Source of the DNA: Desulfobulbaceae bacterium
Lineage (GTDB): Bacteria > Bacteroidota > Ignavibacteria > Kapaibacteriales > UBA2268
Direction: 5' to 3'
Assembly: GCA_018335795.1 (NCBI GenBank)
Contig: JAGXRP010000006.1
Location: 22,129 to 86,128 of the forward strand
Length of the DNA stretch: 64,000 nt
Position 1 is the first letter of the stretch; every line of letters starts with the position of its first letter. The notes beneath the pieces were generated by a model. The model was not told the DNA's origin and made no database searches. It was given only the letters and a program-made list of their open reading frames with translations. Below, piece after piece: positions 1 to 11,257 of this stretch. The position numbers and the translations under genes are program-made.

Positions 1-752
1 AACAAAATCGGGTCGCCACCCATAGCAGGGTCGAACAATCCAACGCCGAATAATCTTTCTACAACAACCAATAAAATTGTAATTCCAATAATCGGAGTAC
101 CAATAATTTGAATCCAAGCTGTTGAATACAAAGCCCAAATAAAGAGTGGTAATTTGAAGAAAGTCATTCCGGGAGCTCTTAATCTATGAACAGTCGTAAC
201 AAAATTCACGCCTGTAAGAATCGAAGAGAAGCCAAGAATAAATGCAGCCATAAGCGGCATAATTACTTCAGTTCCGGTTCGTAAGCTGTAAGGTGCGTAA
301 AAAGTCCAGCCTGTATCAATAGGTCCGCCACTCAAAAAGAGCGAAGCAACTGCCAATAATCCGCCGATTGTATATAGATACCACGAAAAAAGATTCAGTC
401 GCGGGAATGACACGTCCTCTGCCCCAATCTGAATCGGTAGGAAAAAGTTGCCAAATCCGGCAGGGATACCCGGAATAATTACCAAAAATATCATTATAAT
501 GCCATGCAATGTAAACAGAGCATTATATGTTTGTGGTCCCATAATGTCTTGCCCGGGATTCCATAATTCGAGTCGCATGAAGAAACCAAGAGTCATGCCG
601 ACAAGGAAAAATGTCACCATCGAGCCAAGATACAAAAGACCTATTCTTTTGTGGTCAACGGAAAGCAACCAACCCAGAATACCGGTATGCTTCCCTTTGT
701 ACTGATAAAAATTTACATAATCACCGTTGGTGCTTACTGTAGAATCAGACAT
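1..752 (-). CDS. ctaD: Heme-copper cytochrome c oxidase subunit I, N-terminal part (3' end of the gene lies beyond the window start)
   Basis: Reverse-complement translation from the ATG at 752 gives MSDSTVSTNGDYVNFYQYKGKHTGILGWLLSVDHKRIGLLYLG..., the canonical subunit I N-terminus (DHKRIG motif, multiple TM helices). It is absent from the ORF track because the frame runs off the window. It overlaps the sco gene end by 8 bp. Confidence 0.85.
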   Translation of the reverse strand, partial: MSDSTVSTNGDYVNFYQYKGKHTGILGWLLSVDHKRIGLLYLGSMVTFFLVGMTLGFFMRLELWNPGQDIMGPQTYNALFTLHGIIMIFLVIIPGIPAGFGNFFLPIQIGAEDVSFPRLNLFSWYLYTIGGLLAVASLFLSGGPIDTGWTFYAPYSLRTGTEVIMPLMAAFILGFSSILTGVNFVTTVHRLRAPGMTFFKLPLFIWALYSTAWIQIIGTPIIGITILLVVVERLFGVGLFDPAMGGDPIL

Positions 753-1536
753 TCTCTTCTCCTTTACTTACTTTTTTTGTTCTTCCTTTTACTAATAAAA
801 CTACGAAGAAAATACCTACCCCAAGAAAAATCACAGTACCGGCAACTTTGTTAAAATTGAAGACGTAGGTCCTACCCTCAGGGTCATAGCTGAAGCAATA
901 CGCAAGCATCTTAGAAATCGGTGGGGCTGAAATGCCCTTTGATGCTTCGACAACAGCCAATTTGAAATCAAATGGTGAGTACTCTGTACCCAATAAATAT
1001 CGAGTAATTTTGCCATCAGGTGCAATCATTATTAATGCTCCTGCATGAACGAAATCATCCTCTCCGTCGGGTTTATATCTAAAACCTACTGCATCTGTTA
1101 TTTTGGCGATATTAGTGCTGTCTCCGGCCATAAAGATCCAATCATCCGGTGAAATTGGACGAGTCATCCCCGATATATAATTTGTTTTCCATTTTTTGGC
1201 GACCTCGTGATTTTCACGGGGGTCAAAACTAATTGTCAAAACTTTGTAATCTTTGCCGGGTTCAATAGAAGCTTTATCAATGACTTCGCCGAGACTATTG
1301 AGTAGGGGGCTACAAATCCCCGGGCAATGATAATAAACTAAGGCAAGAACTACGGGTTTGTCTATCATTTCTTTCAAAGTTCGCTTGTATCCTTCCGAAT
1401 CAACAAACTCCAAATCCAATGGTAGATAAGTGCCGAGTTTCTTTTCGTGCTCTATACCCACTTCAACTTTGTCTTCTACTGCAGAAGTCAAGCCCAAAGG
1501 CAATATAGATATTAAAAATGCTAAAAAATATTTCAT
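745..1536 (-). CDS. SCO1/SenC family copper chaperone (thioredoxin-fold, CxxxC) with a C-terminal membrane anchor
   Basis: Has an N-terminal signal peptide, the YYHCPGIC CxxxC copper-binding motif, a conserved downstream His and a C-terminal hydrophobic helix. It sits between a cytochrome c and coxI, as is typical for oxidase assembly genes. Confidence 0.8.
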   Translation of the reverse strand: MKYFLAFLISILPLGLTSAVEDKVEVGIEHEKKLGTYLPLDLEFVDSEGYKRTLKEMIDKPVVLALVYYHCPGICSPLLNSLGEVIDKASIEPGKDYKVLTISFDPRENHEVAKKWKTNYISGMTRPISPDDWIFMAGDSTNIAKITDAVGFRYKPDGEDDFVHAGALIMIAPDGKITRYLLGTEYSPFDFKLAVVEASKGISAPPISKMLAYCFSYDPEGRTYVFNFNKVAGTVIFLGVGIFFVVLLVKGRTKKVSKGEENV

Positions 1537-2489
1537 GATTGTGACTGTAGATTAAGCCTATTATGGGCGTTTAACAAGAATGAATGCAATGTCGTAAGTT
1601 CGTCTTTAGTCAGTCTCAATGTTATTGCTTTGAAACCATTATTGTTAATGGTAGAAGCTATTTCGTTGATGAAAGCATTAGTCCCGCTTTGCCAATTTTT
1701 ACCATTAACAAGTGTTATAGATGCTTTATCGGTATTGGATATTACTTTATCCAACAAAACAGCAATATCGCCTTCAACAGTATTTAATTCCTTAGTAAAT
1801 TGTTCAATTTTAGTCTTATTGTTACTATATTCCTCGGTCATTTTGTTCATTGCCATCGAAACAGAAATTTGATTTGATGTAACTTTTCCTTCGGAAAGCG
1901 AATAAGTCAAATCTAAAGTTTCCAAATCTGAATCGGAATCTTTGGGAAAATCAGGCATCAATGAGTGCATATAATGAATTAGAGCAAACCTATCAACTAC
2001 GTTTAAATAGTTATAAGCTACCATCCCTGAACCGGGAATTCCTTCTTCTAAAGTCTTCCACATTTCCGAAAGTTTGGCGCCATTTTTCCATCCATCCAAT
2101 TCCGTAAAATTACGGGGTTTCGGATTCAATCCTGAGCCTGCAATTCCATCACCTTTGCCTTCGTTGCCGTGGCATGAAGAGCAATTTGCTTTGTATAATT
2201 CGGCTCCTTTGGCAATCATTTCGGCATTAGGCACACTGATTTCCTTAACATTTACTCCTTCCATCATCGCTCCTTTTTGCATAGGAATTTCAGGAGCAAC
2301 TGTATCGCGAGCAAGCAGCTGTTTTTGTTGAGTATTTAAGATTGCATGGTCAAGATTGAATACCCAATACATTCCGACGACAATAATCAGCATAATTAAA
2401 TAAGGATAAACAACAGCAAATAATCTTAATGGATTTTTCAAGAAATCCTTGTAATCTATCTCATCTTCGGGTCTGAATTTATTTTCCAT
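1533..2489 (-). CDS. Membrane-anchored monoheme c-type cytochrome (class I) with a ~170-aa C-terminal extension; candidate electron carrier between ACIII and the terminal oxidase
   Basis: Single CSSCH heme-binding motif, an N-terminal TM helix (LFAVVYPYLIMLIIVVGMYWVF) and no CuA motif, so it is not a subunit II. Position is between actF and sco/coxI. Confidence 0.7.
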   Translation of the reverse strand: MENKFRPEDEIDYKDFLKNPLRLFAVVYPYLIMLIIVVGMYWVFNLDHAILNTQQKQLLARDTVAPEIPMQKGAMMEGVNVKEISVPNAEMIAKGAELYKANCSSCHGNEGKGDGIAGSGLNPKPRNFTELDGWKNGAKLSEMWKTLEEGIPGSGMVAYNYLNVVDRFALIHYMHSLMPDFPKDSDSDLETLDLTYSLSEGKVTSNQISVSMAMNKMTEEYSNNKTKIEQFTKELNTVEGDIAVLLDKVISNTDKASITLVNGKNWQSGTNAFINEIASTINNNGFKAITLRLTKDELTTLHSFLLNAHNRLNLQSQS

Positions 2490-2507
2490 TTTTTATTTCC
2501 TAATTAA

Positions 2508-3707
2508 TTAAAGATGAAATTCCAAACCTTTTCTGAATTTCGGGTCGCCAATTGGCATGAGATTCTTTTTACCCGCAACAAGGCTGAATACAACTATTAT
2601 TACACCAAGCACCAAAATCGGCACTGTAAACTCAAACCAGCTATAAACCGGTGCGTGAAGTTCAGTTTTCTTAGTATATTCGGGCATAATCACCCAATAT
2701 AAATCATAATAATGAGCAATGAATACCCAAACGGCTATGATTTTCAGTCGGAATGGATTACTCTTTGATGGTCTGGTGACAAGCGCCATATAAGGAATTA
2801 AAAATCTGATAAAAATCAAACCGAGCGAGATTGTCATCCATCCTTCTCCACCTCTTTGCATATACCACATAGTTTCGTCTGGAATATTTGCGTACCAAAT
2901 TAACATGAATTGGCTAAACGCAATATAAGCCCAAAAGTTTGTGAAAGCGAACATCAATGCGCCAAAGTTATAAAAATGGTCTTCAGTCAAATATTTGCTA
3001 ATATATCCATTTTCGGCTAATGTTATAGCAATGAATGTCAATACGGCAAGTGCTGTTAGCACAGAGCCTGCAAAATAATAAACACCAAAAATTGTCGAGA
3101 ACCACTTTGGCTCCAAGCTCATCAACCAATCCATAGCCACAACGGTAATCAAAATGGCAAAAATTGGCATAAAGATAGCCGAAATCTTAGTTGACCATTT
3201 TTTTGTATCGGCTTTGCCCGTTTTGTCCTGTCTTAACGAACGACCTACAAGTAGGAAGTAGAATAAAAACATAACTAAAAAGACAAATATATTTCTTATC
3301 ACAAAAAAAGACTCATTCAAATACGGAGACTTGTTCTTAACATATTTGTCGGAATCCAAAATCACAGGATTGAGCCAAGAAAATACTTGGTCGAGATTCA
3401 GAAACAAAGGCAATGCAATTAAAGGAGTTGCAAACAATACCGCTGCTAATATTTCTGACAATCTTCGGAAAGGAACGCTCCAATCCGAACCTACGATGTG
3501 CTCAAGAGCAATAAGGAACAGCGAACCAAATCCAATGCTAAACACCCACATCAACACAATAATCAAATTGTAAGAAGCGCGAACATTGTCGGTAGAAAAA
3601 GCTAAAAATGTCAGTACAACACCAATCAATAATAATGACCAGCCCAACAATGGGAGTTTAGTCGGGAGTGGTTTTCTTTCGTATAAAACTATGTTATCAT
3701 TACTCAT
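2508..3707 (-). CDS. actF: Alternative complex III subunit ActF (NrfD/PsrC-like polytopic membrane protein)
   Basis: 399-aa highly hydrophobic protein with about 10 TM segments, immediately downstream of actDE with a 4-bp overlap. Size and position match ActF. Confidence 0.7.
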   Translation of the reverse strand: MSNDNIVLYERKPLPTKLPLLGWSLLLIGVVLTFLAFSTDNVRASYNLIIVLMWVFSIGFGSLFLIALEHIVGSDWSVPFRRLSEILAAVLFATPLIALPLFLNLDQVFSWLNPVILDSDKYVKNKSPYLNESFFVIRNIFVFLVMFLFYFLLVGRSLRQDKTGKADTKKWSTKISAIFMPIFAILITVVAMDWLMSLEPKWFSTIFGVYYFAGSVLTALAVLTFIAITLAENGYISKYLTEDHFYNFGALMFAFTNFWAYIAFSQFMLIWYANIPDETMWYMQRGGEGWMTISLGLIFIRFLIPYMALVTRPSKSNPFRLKIIAVWVFIAHYYDLYWVIMPEYTKKTELHAPVYSWFEFTVPILVLGVIIVVFSLVAGKKNLMPIGDPKFRKGLEFHL

Positions 3708-4843
3708 TGTAAATCACCCTCCTGAGCATTCAAGGCTCTTTGTAAAGCTCTGACATAAAGTATGACTTGCCATTTTTCTTCTTGGGTTAATTGTTTGTCG
3801 TAAGAAGGCATAGTATTTTGCCCTACTGTTATAATATGATACAGATGCCCGTCTGACCATTCACGTACTTTATCAGTATGCAAGCTCGGTGGATTAGGAA
3901 ATTGTCCATTTAATCGTGCAACACCGTTACCATGATAATCGTGACAAGGACTACAGAAAGTATTATATTTTCGTTTTCCGTTTTCAAGATTTACATCGCT
4001 AAATTCCAACGGATTTACAAGGACTCGTGATGCAAGCTCGACACTATCCGGATAGGGATATGGTTTGAAACCTCGAGCAACAGTACCTTCGACCGGTAGC
4101 CTCATCGAAAATCCATCATCAAAAAATGTGGATACTTTCATCGCTGTAATTTTTTGTTGGTCCATCATCCAATTGAATGGTTGCATGAACATCAATTTAT
4201 TCAGTGAGAAATATGTAATCGTAATTACTAAAACTGATATAACTGCTAATCCTGTCAAAAATTTCGGTTCCAATAAAGTCAATTTTGAATTGATTTCATC
4301 ATTATCGTAATAAATCGCTTCTACATTTGTACCGCCAATTTTGGAAAGAAAGTCTTTAACCTTTTCAAAATCAAAATTTGGGTCAGCAGCTTCGATAGTT
4401 AAACCATATTTATCCGAAGATACTTGTTTCATATATTCAGTATCATGTAGTGGATGACTGTTATTCGGGAATTTGAAGAAAATAACAATCATAGATACTA
4501 CTGTTGCAACAGATGCAAGAAGAACAGTTATTTCAAAAGTAACCGGAACAAATGCCGGCAACGGGAAAGTAGGTTTGCCGCCAATATTGAGTGGATAATC
4601 TACCGTCATAGTCCAATACATCAGCAATAATCCAAGTGTAGCGCCAATTACTCCAAGCGCGAAAGCAAAGTAGCCCAAAGGAGAACGCTTCAATTTCATC
4701 GCTTGGTCCATTCCGTGAACCGGATATGGAGTATGCACATCGAATTTCTTATACCCTGCCTTGACGACAGCTTTTGCAGCTTTGATAATATCGTCCGGAG
4801 TATGGAAAATTGCAGTTACCGAATGTAATATTTTATTATCCAT
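3704..4843 (-). CDS. actDE: Alternative complex III ActD-ActE fusion (membrane-anchored subunit plus monoheme cytochrome c domain)
   Basis: N-terminal soluble plus two-TM ActD-like region, then a C-terminal CSPCH heme c motif (ActE-like). A fused actDE is known in FCB-group ACIII operons. Confidence 0.7.
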   Translation of the reverse strand: MDNKILHSVTAIFHTPDDIIKAAKAVVKAGYKKFDVHTPYPVHGMDQAMKLKRSPLGYFAFALGVIGATLGLLLMYWTMTVDYPLNIGGKPTFPLPAFVPVTFEITVLLASVATVVSMIVIFFKFPNNSHPLHDTEYMKQVSSDKYGLTIEAADPNFDFEKVKDFLSKIGGTNVEAIYYDNDEINSKLTLLEPKFLTGLAVISVLVITITYFSLNKLMFMQPFNWMMDQQKITAMKVSTFFDDGFSMRLPVEGTVARGFKPYPYPDSVELASRVLVNPLEFSDVNLENGKRKYNTFCSPCHDYHGNGVARLNGQFPNPPSLHTDKVREWSDGHLYHIITVGQNTMPSYDKQLTQEEKWQVILYVRALQRALNAQEGDLQ

Positions 4844-6245
4844 TATGCTCGTCCTCCTCGTGATGACCTAATTTATGTCGAGTAGGTTGAGAACCGGCAA
4901 CAACACTTTTTACTTCAGCGATTGATATAACGGGCATAGTTCGTGTGAATAATAGTAATAATGTAAAGAAGAATCCAAAGCTTCCGATTAATAAGCCTAT
5001 ATCATAGATTGTTGGGACGTAATATGCCCAACTCGATGGCAAATAATCGCGAGAAAGTGAGGTAACTGTAATTACGAATCTCTCGAACCACATGCCAACA
5101 TTGACTAACACTGCAACAACAAACATGAAAGGAATATTTCTTCTTAGTTTCTTTATCCAGAAAAATTGCGGGAATATAACGTTGCAGCTCACCATAATCC
5201 AATAAGCCCAAGTATAAGGTCCGAAGGCTCTATTCAAAAAGGCGAATGATTCAACTTCGTGACCGCTATACCAAGCAATGAAAAATTCCATACCATAAGC
5301 ATAGCCGACCATCATACCTGTGACGATGATGACTTTGTTCATTTTTTCGAGTGTATCAAGCGTAACGATATGTTCCATATTGAATACTTTACGAATGATA
5401 ATCAAAGCATTTTGAACCATTGCAAAGCCTGAAAATACCGCACCCGCAACGAAATAAGGCGGGAATATAGTTGTATGCCAACCCGGTACAATCGAAACCG
5501 CAAAGTCGAATGATACAATCGTATGAACCGAGAGTACAAGTGGCGTCGCAAATCCGGCAAGCACCAGATACATCATTTCGTAATGTGACCAATGACGATT
5601 TGAAAATCTCCAACCTAAAGATAAAACTGAGTAAATTGTCTTTTTAACTTTTGAAACTATAGTGCTGTTTTTGAGTCTGTCTCGCATTGTAGCGAAATCA
5701 GGAACCAAACCCATATACCAAAAGACAAATGAAACAGTAAAATAAGTTGAAACAGCAAAAACGTCCCATAACAATGGTGAAGTGAAATTCACCCACAAAT
5801 TATGTTGGTTGGGGTGTGGCATCAAATAGCCATCTAACCAAGGGCGTCCAACGTGAATTAATGGGAAAAGCCCTGCTGTCATGACCGCAAAAATCGTCAT
5901 GCCCTCGGCAAATCGTGCTATACCTGTTCTCCATTTTTGACGAAAGAGGAACAAAATTGCAGAAATAAGCGTACCGGCATGACCGATACCCACCCAAAAT
6001 ACGAAATTGATGATAGCGAAGCCCCAACCTACGGGATTGTTTACACCCCATAGACCTAAACCCCTATAAAATGCCATACCTAATGATATAACACCAATCA
6101 AAAGCAAAGTGAGAGTGAAGCCGATTGCAATATAAAACTTAATATTCGGCATCTCATCCATTGGCTTGATGATGGTAGCATCAATCTCTTTGAGTGTAGG
6201 CTTACCTTCTATTACAGAAACTTCATGAGTAATATCAGTGGCCAC
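4836..6245 (-). CDS. actC: Alternative complex III subunit ActC (NrfD/PsrC family quinol-interacting membrane subunit)
   Basis: 469-aa polytopic membrane protein ([36 protein letters not shown]...) of the NrfD type, between actB and actDE with short overlaps on both sides. Confidence 0.8.
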   Translation of the reverse strand: MATDITHEVSVIEGKPTLKEIDATIIKPMDEMPNIKFYIAIGFTLTLLLIGVISLGMAFYRGLGLWGVNNPVGWGFAIINFVFWVGIGHAGTLISAILFLFRQKWRTGIARFAEGMTIFAVMTAGLFPLIHVGRPWLDGYLMPHPNQHNLWVNFTSPLLWDVFAVSTYFTVSFVFWYMGLVPDFATMRDRLKNSTIVSKVKKTIYSVLSLGWRFSNRHWSHYEMMYLVLAGFATPLVLSVHTIVSFDFAVSIVPGWHTTIFPPYFVAGAVFSGFAMVQNALIIIRKVFNMEHIVTLDTLEKMNKVIIVTGMMVGYAYGMEFFIAWYSGHEVESFAFLNRAFGPYTWAYWIMVSCNVIFPQFFWIKKLRRNIPFMFVVAVLVNVGMWFERFVITVTSLSRDYLPSSWAYYVPTIYDIGLLIGSFGFFFTLLLLFTRTMPVISIAEVKSVVAGSQPTRHKLGHHEEDEHNG

Positions 6246-9200
6246 TGTGTGTATCCTCCATGTTTGTGTTCCTCAATCTTGAAATGTAAGTAACGTTGGG
6301 TTTGACCATTATCGTTTCGAGTACGTGGTAGCCCAAACTGTGATTGCGTAATTTCGATACTTTTGAATTCGGATCATTCATATCTCCGAACATAATTGCA
6401 TCTGACGGGCATGCTTCTTGACAAGCTGTCACTACGTCAGAGCCTTGAATTTTCTTGCCCTTAATATTTGCAGCCGAACGAGCTTCTTCGATTCTTTGAG
6501 TGCAGAACGTACATTTTTCCATTACACCACGCGAGCGGACAGTCACTTCGGGATTATTTAATAATTCAAGTGTATCCATGCGATAGTAGCCGTCTTTAAA
6601 ATCGTTACGGAAATCAAAGAAATTATACCGTCTTACTTTATATGGGCAGTTGTTGGCACAATATCTCGTACCGACACAACGATTGTAAGTCATTTGGTTC
6701 AAACCTTCGGGGCTGTGAGTAGTAGCAACTACCGGACAAACATTTTCGCATGGAGCGTTATCGCAATGTTGGCAAAGCATAGGTTGAACACTGGTAATTG
6801 GCTCTTCGGGAGTGCCACTGAAATAGGTATCAATCCTCATCCAGTGCATTTCGCGACCCTTGCCGCATTCTTCCTTGCCTACAATCGGAATATTATTTTC
6901 GACATTACAAGCTGTTACGCATGCATTGCAAGCAGTGCATTTATTCATGTCAATTGCCATTGCCCATTTAACGCCCGGGTATTCTTTATCGGGATAAACG
7001 CTGTGACTTTGGTATTCGTGATGTCCCAAAAGATGTGTTTTTTCAGTTTTTAAAGCTTTTTCGTAAGCTTCGCGGTCGTCACCGAATTCATTTTTGAGTC
7101 GTGATTTTGCTTCTTCGAGCTTATTTTCAAATTCCACATAAAATGGTACAGTGTATTCTTGAATTATATGACGCTTGTAATGGAAATCTTTTACGAATTC
7201 TTCATCAAGTGAATGATGCTCTTGGCTGGAAATCAGTTCGTAGCTTTCGCCTGCTTTAGCAACCGAGGCACCGGTATAAATTTTATTTCCGCTTTTATTC
7301 ATTAATGTATAAGCATCAAATCCAACGCCCGTCCCAACTTCTCCGCCTCTTGTTCTGCCATAGCCGAGATCAACAGCAATCACATCATCTACAATACCCG
7401 GTTGGGGCATTATTGGAAGCCTTAATGTTTTGCCATTCACGGTTAAGTCAATCATGTCGGAGATTTTGTCCAATTTGTCCAAACCATAAGCGACATCAAG
7501 TTTTTTGGCAGTAGCAGGCGACATCATTGCACAATTGTCCCAAACGACTTTTGTAATCGGATGCGGAACTTCTTGCAACCAACCATTATTAGCATATTGA
7601 CCATCACCAAGATAATGTGGTTTAGTCAGTATAACCGTGAAGCCTGATTTACTCAAAGTATTTTGCGTTAATGATATTGACGCTACATTAATAATTGCAC
7701 GAGGAATGCTTAATTCATCCCAAGTAAAAATACCATCATGCAAACATGAATACCAAAATTCATCAAAAGAGCTAAAAGTATTGGCTGCAGGAAAAACTTT
7801 TTCCTGCCAATGTGCTTTCATAAATTGATGATAAATATCATGATTGTATTTTGTGTAATCCTCAGACATCCAATTGAGCAATACTGCTTCTTTTTGACGT
7901 GAATCGAATATTGGTGCTATAACAGGTTGTTGAGTGCTCAACACACCATTACGAAGCATGAAATCACCCCAAGATTCGAATTCGTGATTGACAGGCAAAA
8001 TGAAGTGACTGCCTTCGGATGACTCATTTTCGATATGAATCATCGAAACTATTGTCTCAACATTTTTCAATGCGTCTGTATATCCGATTTCATGAGGTAA
8101 ATGATAAGCAGGGTTTGAATCAAAATGAATCAAAACACCTACATTGCCGGATTTCATTTTTGCACTTAATTGTGCAAAATCAGCCATCGTATTTGTAGGT
8201 CTGTGCAAAACTTCATATTTGTCCGAATACACATTCGAGACGCTTCCGAGAACTTCATTCAGCAAATTAACTGCTATGTGGCACTCTTCAGGCAAGCTAT
8301 TTCCACATACTACAAGAGTCTTAGTTGGGTGATGCAAAATGTCATCAACCATCGTAGCCAACTTATCAGCATGTAAACCAAATTTTGACGCAAAATCCGA
8401 AAGATTATATTGGCGAATTTTCGTCATTGCCGAATCGTCTAAATTGACCGCTGATTGAGCTTTTTTGACGGCAATTTCATTAATCAGAGCCATGATAAAG
8501 TCATATTGATACTCGGGAGAGAGTTTCAAACGATAGTCTGAATTTGCACCAGTTAAACTGTAATTTGCTTCAACAGTATATAACTTATTGAAACTTTTGG
8601 CATTATCAAAATCGCGTCTTGAGGTATATTTTTTGATTTGCTCGACTGTGATACCTTCTGTGCCGAGGAAATCACATTCTAAAGCGATGATTACATCAGC
8701 TTTATCCCAAGCAATGACGGAAAGATTTTTATTGCCGTAGCATTTTTCCCATGCATTCAATTTGTTTTGATTTCCAAAAACTTCGTAAGTGTAGAACTTA
8801 GCTGTTGGATATTTCAGTACAAATTCATTGAACAATTTTTCTTGCGAAGGAGATTTGACTGAATGTGCAACAATGGCGATTTCCTTGCCTGATTGCGAAG
8901 CAGCCTTCAATTTTTCGGTAATATCTTTATCAATTCGCTCCCAATCTGTTTTGGGCATATCATCTTTGTGAAGGAGTAAGTTGCTGTCCGATTTTTTGAC
9001 AGGATAGCGTACTCTTCCCGGGTCATACAAATCAAGCATTGCAGCTTGTGCAATAGCATCAACTTTGCCTTGATTTATAGGATGCTGAGGATTGCCGTCC
9101 ACTTTAATTGGGCGTCCTTCTCTCGTTTTGATTAATATTCCGAGTCCACTGTTGAGAGATGATGCATAATAATTAGCATGACCATATATCACTCCCGATG

Positions 9201-9450
9201 GTTTTTTATTATACGAAATAATTTCGCCTTTATCGGGATAGTCTGTACAAGCAGTAGCCGCAAAAGCTGCCGAAGCACCAAGAACAGCAAGGAATTTTCT
9301 TCTTGATTTATCAGGAAGTGCATTCAAATCGAAATCATCAGTAACACCCTTCCGGAATTCGTGACGAGTGCTTTCGATACTTTCGGGTTTATTAGCCAAT
9401 AGATTCAGACTTTTCCAAAATCGAGGTTTAGTAGCATTATTGTCCATCAA
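6235..9450 (-). CDS. actB: Alternative complex III subunit ActB (molybdopterin-oxidoreductase-like domain fused to a 4Fe-4S ferredoxin domain, TAT motif)
   Basis: 1071 aa. Has an internal twin-arginine motif [20 protein letters not shown], a large MopB-like domain and C-terminal Cys clusters ([43 protein letters not shown]). The true start is probably the ATG at 9447, since the track start at 9450 is TTG. Confidence 0.9.
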   Translation of the reverse strand: MMDNNATKPRFWKSLNLLANKPESIESTRHEFRKGVTDDFDLNALPDKSRRKFLAVLGASAAFAATACTDYPDKGEIISYNKKPSGVIYGHANYYASSLNSGLGILIKTREGRPIKVDGNPQHPINQGKVDAIAQAAMLDLYDPGRVRYPVKKSDSNLLLHKDDMPKTDWERIDKDITEKLKAASQSGKEIAIVAHSVKSPSQEKLFNEFVLKYPTAKFYTYEVFGNQNKLNAWEKCYGNKNLSVIAWDKADVIIALECDFLGTEGITVEQIKKYTSRRDFDNAKSFNKLYTVEANYSLTGANSDYRLKLSPEYQYDFIMALINEIAVKKAQSAVNLDDSAMTKIRQYNLSDFASKFGLHADKLATMVDDILHHPTKTLVVCGNSLPEECHIAVNLLNEVLGSVSNVYSDKYEVLHRPTNTMADFAQLSAKMKSGNVGVLIHFDSNPAYHLPHEIGYTDALKNVETIVSMIHIENESSEGSHFILPVNHEFESWGDFMLRNGVLSTQQPVIAPIFDSRQKEAVLLNWMSEDYTKYNHDIYHQFMKAHWQEKVFPAANTFSSFDEFWYSCLHDGIFTWDELSIPRAIINVASISLTQNTLSKSGFTVILTKPHYLGDGQYANNGWLQEVPHPITKVVWDNCAMMSPATAKKLDVAYGLDKLDKISDMIDLTVNGKTLRLPIMPQPGIVDDVIAVDLGYGRTRGGEVGTGVGFDAYTLMNKSGNKIYTGASVAKAGESYELISSQEHHSLDEEFVKDFHYKRHIIQEYTVPFYVEFENKLEEAKSRLKNEFGDDREAYEKALKTEKTHLLGHHEYQSHSVYPDKEYPGVKWAMAIDMNKCTACNACVTACNVENNIPIVGKEECGKGREMHWMRIDTYFSGTPEEPITSVQPMLCQHCDNAPCENVCPVVATTHSPEGLNQMTYNRCVGTRYCANNCPYKVRRYNFFDFRNDFKDGYYRMDTLELLNNPEVTVRSRGVMEKCTFCTQRIEEARSAANIKGKKIQGSDVVTACQEACPSDAIMFGDMNDPNSKVSKLRNHSLGYHVLETIMVKPNVTYISRLRNTNMEDTHSGH

Positions 9451-9623
9451 CCATCCCCTTTTAAGTTTCTGTTAACAGCAAGCGGATGAATCATAACCTT
9501 TGGATTGGCTTTATTTTCCGTTTTGCCGTTTTTAATAAATTTCACGGGTAAAACGTTAAGTGCTAAAACGCCAAGGGCGCTTACACCTATAGAGTTGAAA
9601 AATTTTCTTCTTGTGTTACTCAT
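9447..9623 (-). CDS. Small ORF (58 aa from the ATG at 9623; 72 aa from the TTG at 9665) with a TAT-like signal (MSNTRRKFFNSIGVSALGVLALNV) in the actA-actB gap
   Basis: It fills the 200-bp actA-actB spacer. Its TGA stop overlaps the actB ATG (tTGATGg) and its upstream start overlaps the actA stop. It has an RRKFF twin-arginine motif followed by a hydrophobic h-region. No homolog is recognised. Confidence 0.3.
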   Translation of the reverse strand: MSNTRRKFFNSIGVSALGVLALNVLPVKFIKNGKTENKANPKVMIHPLAVNRNLKGDG

Positions 9624-9652
9624 ATTTCCCGATTTAAAAAATTTTACAATCA

Positions 9653-10225
9653 TTAACGATGACAAGCATTACAATTTTCAGGTCCATTATTTAGTTTTCC
9701 GGTCATTTGTGGCATACGTTTTTGGGGTTCGCGGTGGCAATCCAGACAAGAGCCCATAGTAAATGAGTGAACTTGGCTAATGATATCCATTTCGCGAACA
9801 TCACCGTGGCAGTTTGCACAATCAATCCCATTGACAACATGCGACGCATGATTGAAATAGGCATATTCAGGCACCCTATGAATTCTTTTCCACGGAATCG
9901 GTTTACCCTCTTTATAATATTGGGTTAATTTCACGATTTCGGGGCTATCCGTTTTGGCAACTGCATGGCAATTCATACAAACATCTGCAGATGGAATTGT
10001 TGCATGGCGAGATTTCTCGACACTTGTGTGGCAATATTGGCAATCAATTGCCATATCCCCCGCATGTAATCTGTGTGAGAATTTTACGGGTTGTTCCGGA
10101 GCATAACCGACGCCATCTCGTTCGGGCTTCGCCACAAAATAAGTAATGGCAAATGATGTAAGTATAATAAATACCGTAAACGGTAATTTCACTTTCAGCG
10201 CATAATCAAGAACAGTCTTTTTCAC
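9653..10225 (-). CDS. actA: Alternative complex III subunit ActA (pentaheme cytochrome c, membrane anchored)
   Basis: Five CxxCH motifs (CQYCH, CMNCH, CANCH, CLDCH, CNACH), an N-terminal signal-anchor, and it is the first gene of the act string. Confidence 0.85.
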   Translation of the reverse strand: MKKTVLDYALKVKLPFTVFIILTSFAITYFVAKPERDGVGYAPEQPVKFSHRLHAGDMAIDCQYCHTSVEKSRHATIPSADVCMNCHAVAKTDSPEIVKLTQYYKEGKPIPWKRIHRVPEYAYFNHASHVVNGIDCANCHGDVREMDIISQVHSFTMGSCLDCHREPQKRMPQMTGKLNNGPENCNACHR

Positions 10226-10534
10226 TACTCGCCTGCTATAATTAGTGATGAATAATAAGGTATGGAATCGGCTTCAACAAATCCGATATAAAACAAAAAA
10301 GTGACGTCTTTTTTAATATTTGTAACAAATTCCAATACTTTTTCCTTTTTTAACAAACTATCATATGCAAAATAAGACACAAAATTATTTTAAACAAGAC
10401 TAATTTCAAATTTATTTTCCATACCTATATGTTCTTAGTCATAAATAATACTGTAACACAGTTTAAAATAAAGATTTTGCAAATAAAACAAAAAGCAATT
10501 TCAAACATAAAAAACTTTTCCACAATAATCAAAT

Positions 10535-11251
10535 TTAATGGCAACAAGATGCTTCGCCGGATAAAACTGTTTCCGGAAGCACCGGACTGATAAATGGAAT
10601 ATCGAGAGCTAATCCGCGAAGAATCATGAGAATTGCCACTAAAGCAACACCATAAGGAATCAATCTATTTATTTTTTGTCTGACATTGAGCGAGATGAGG
10701 TTTTTTGAAATGAAAATTGCAGCCATTACAGGAAGAGTCCCGAAGCCAAAAGCAGCCATATAGAAAGTAGATGTTACGATATCACCTGCTGCAAATGAGC
10801 CTGCCAATGCGATATAGACCAAACCGCAAGGCAGAATCCCATTTAGGATTCCGATAAATAGCAAGGATATGAGACTTTTAGATTTCAATAATTGTTGAAA
10901 CTTGAGTTTAATACTTGAAACAAAAAAACTAATTTTTTTAGTGTCGTTCAATCTTGAATAATATTTTTTAGGTATTATTACTCCAAGCAAAATAATTGTT
11001 CCAACGACTAATGAAAGTTGTTCTTGGAAGCCCCCAAGTTTGAAAGAAGAACCGGCTAAACCTAGTATTAGCCCCATTATAGAATAAGTTATAACTCTGC
11101 CAAAATTGTAAATGAATCCTTCTGAAAATATTGAAAATTTTGATGTACCTTTATGCGGAATAGCCAAAGCAATTGGTCCACACATACCAATACAGTGCAT
11201 ACTGCCAAGTACACCGAGCATGAATCCAGCGCTTATTAAAGTCCAATCCAT
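10535..11251 (-). CDS. TauE/SafE-like (sulfite exporter family) membrane protein associated with the cco cluster
   Basis: 238-aa polytopic membrane protein with an MHCIGMCGPI motif in the first helix and a C-terminal SCCH. It is the last gene after ccoH. Confidence 0.55.
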   Translation of the reverse strand: MDWTLISAGFMLGVLGSMHCIGMCGPIALAIPHKGTSKFSIFSEGFIYNFGRVITYSIMGLILGLAGSSFKLGGFQEQLSLVVGTIILLGVIIPKKYYSRLNDTKKISFFVSSIKLKFQQLLKSKSLISLLFIGILNGILPCGLVYIALAGSFAAGDIVTSTFYMAAFGFGTLPVMAAIFISKNLISLNVRQKINRLIPYGVALVAILMILRGLALDIPFISPVLPETVLSGEASCCH

Positions 11252-11257
11252 AGTTTA

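Noticed and set aside
10226-10534. Promoter or FNR-like site search in the 309-bp AT-rich spacer upstream of actA
   Set aside because: Only a weak 5-bp palindrome (ACTGTgttACAGT) and many TA-rich stretches were found. There is no confident -7/-33 or TTGAT-N4-ATCAA match, so no feature is called.
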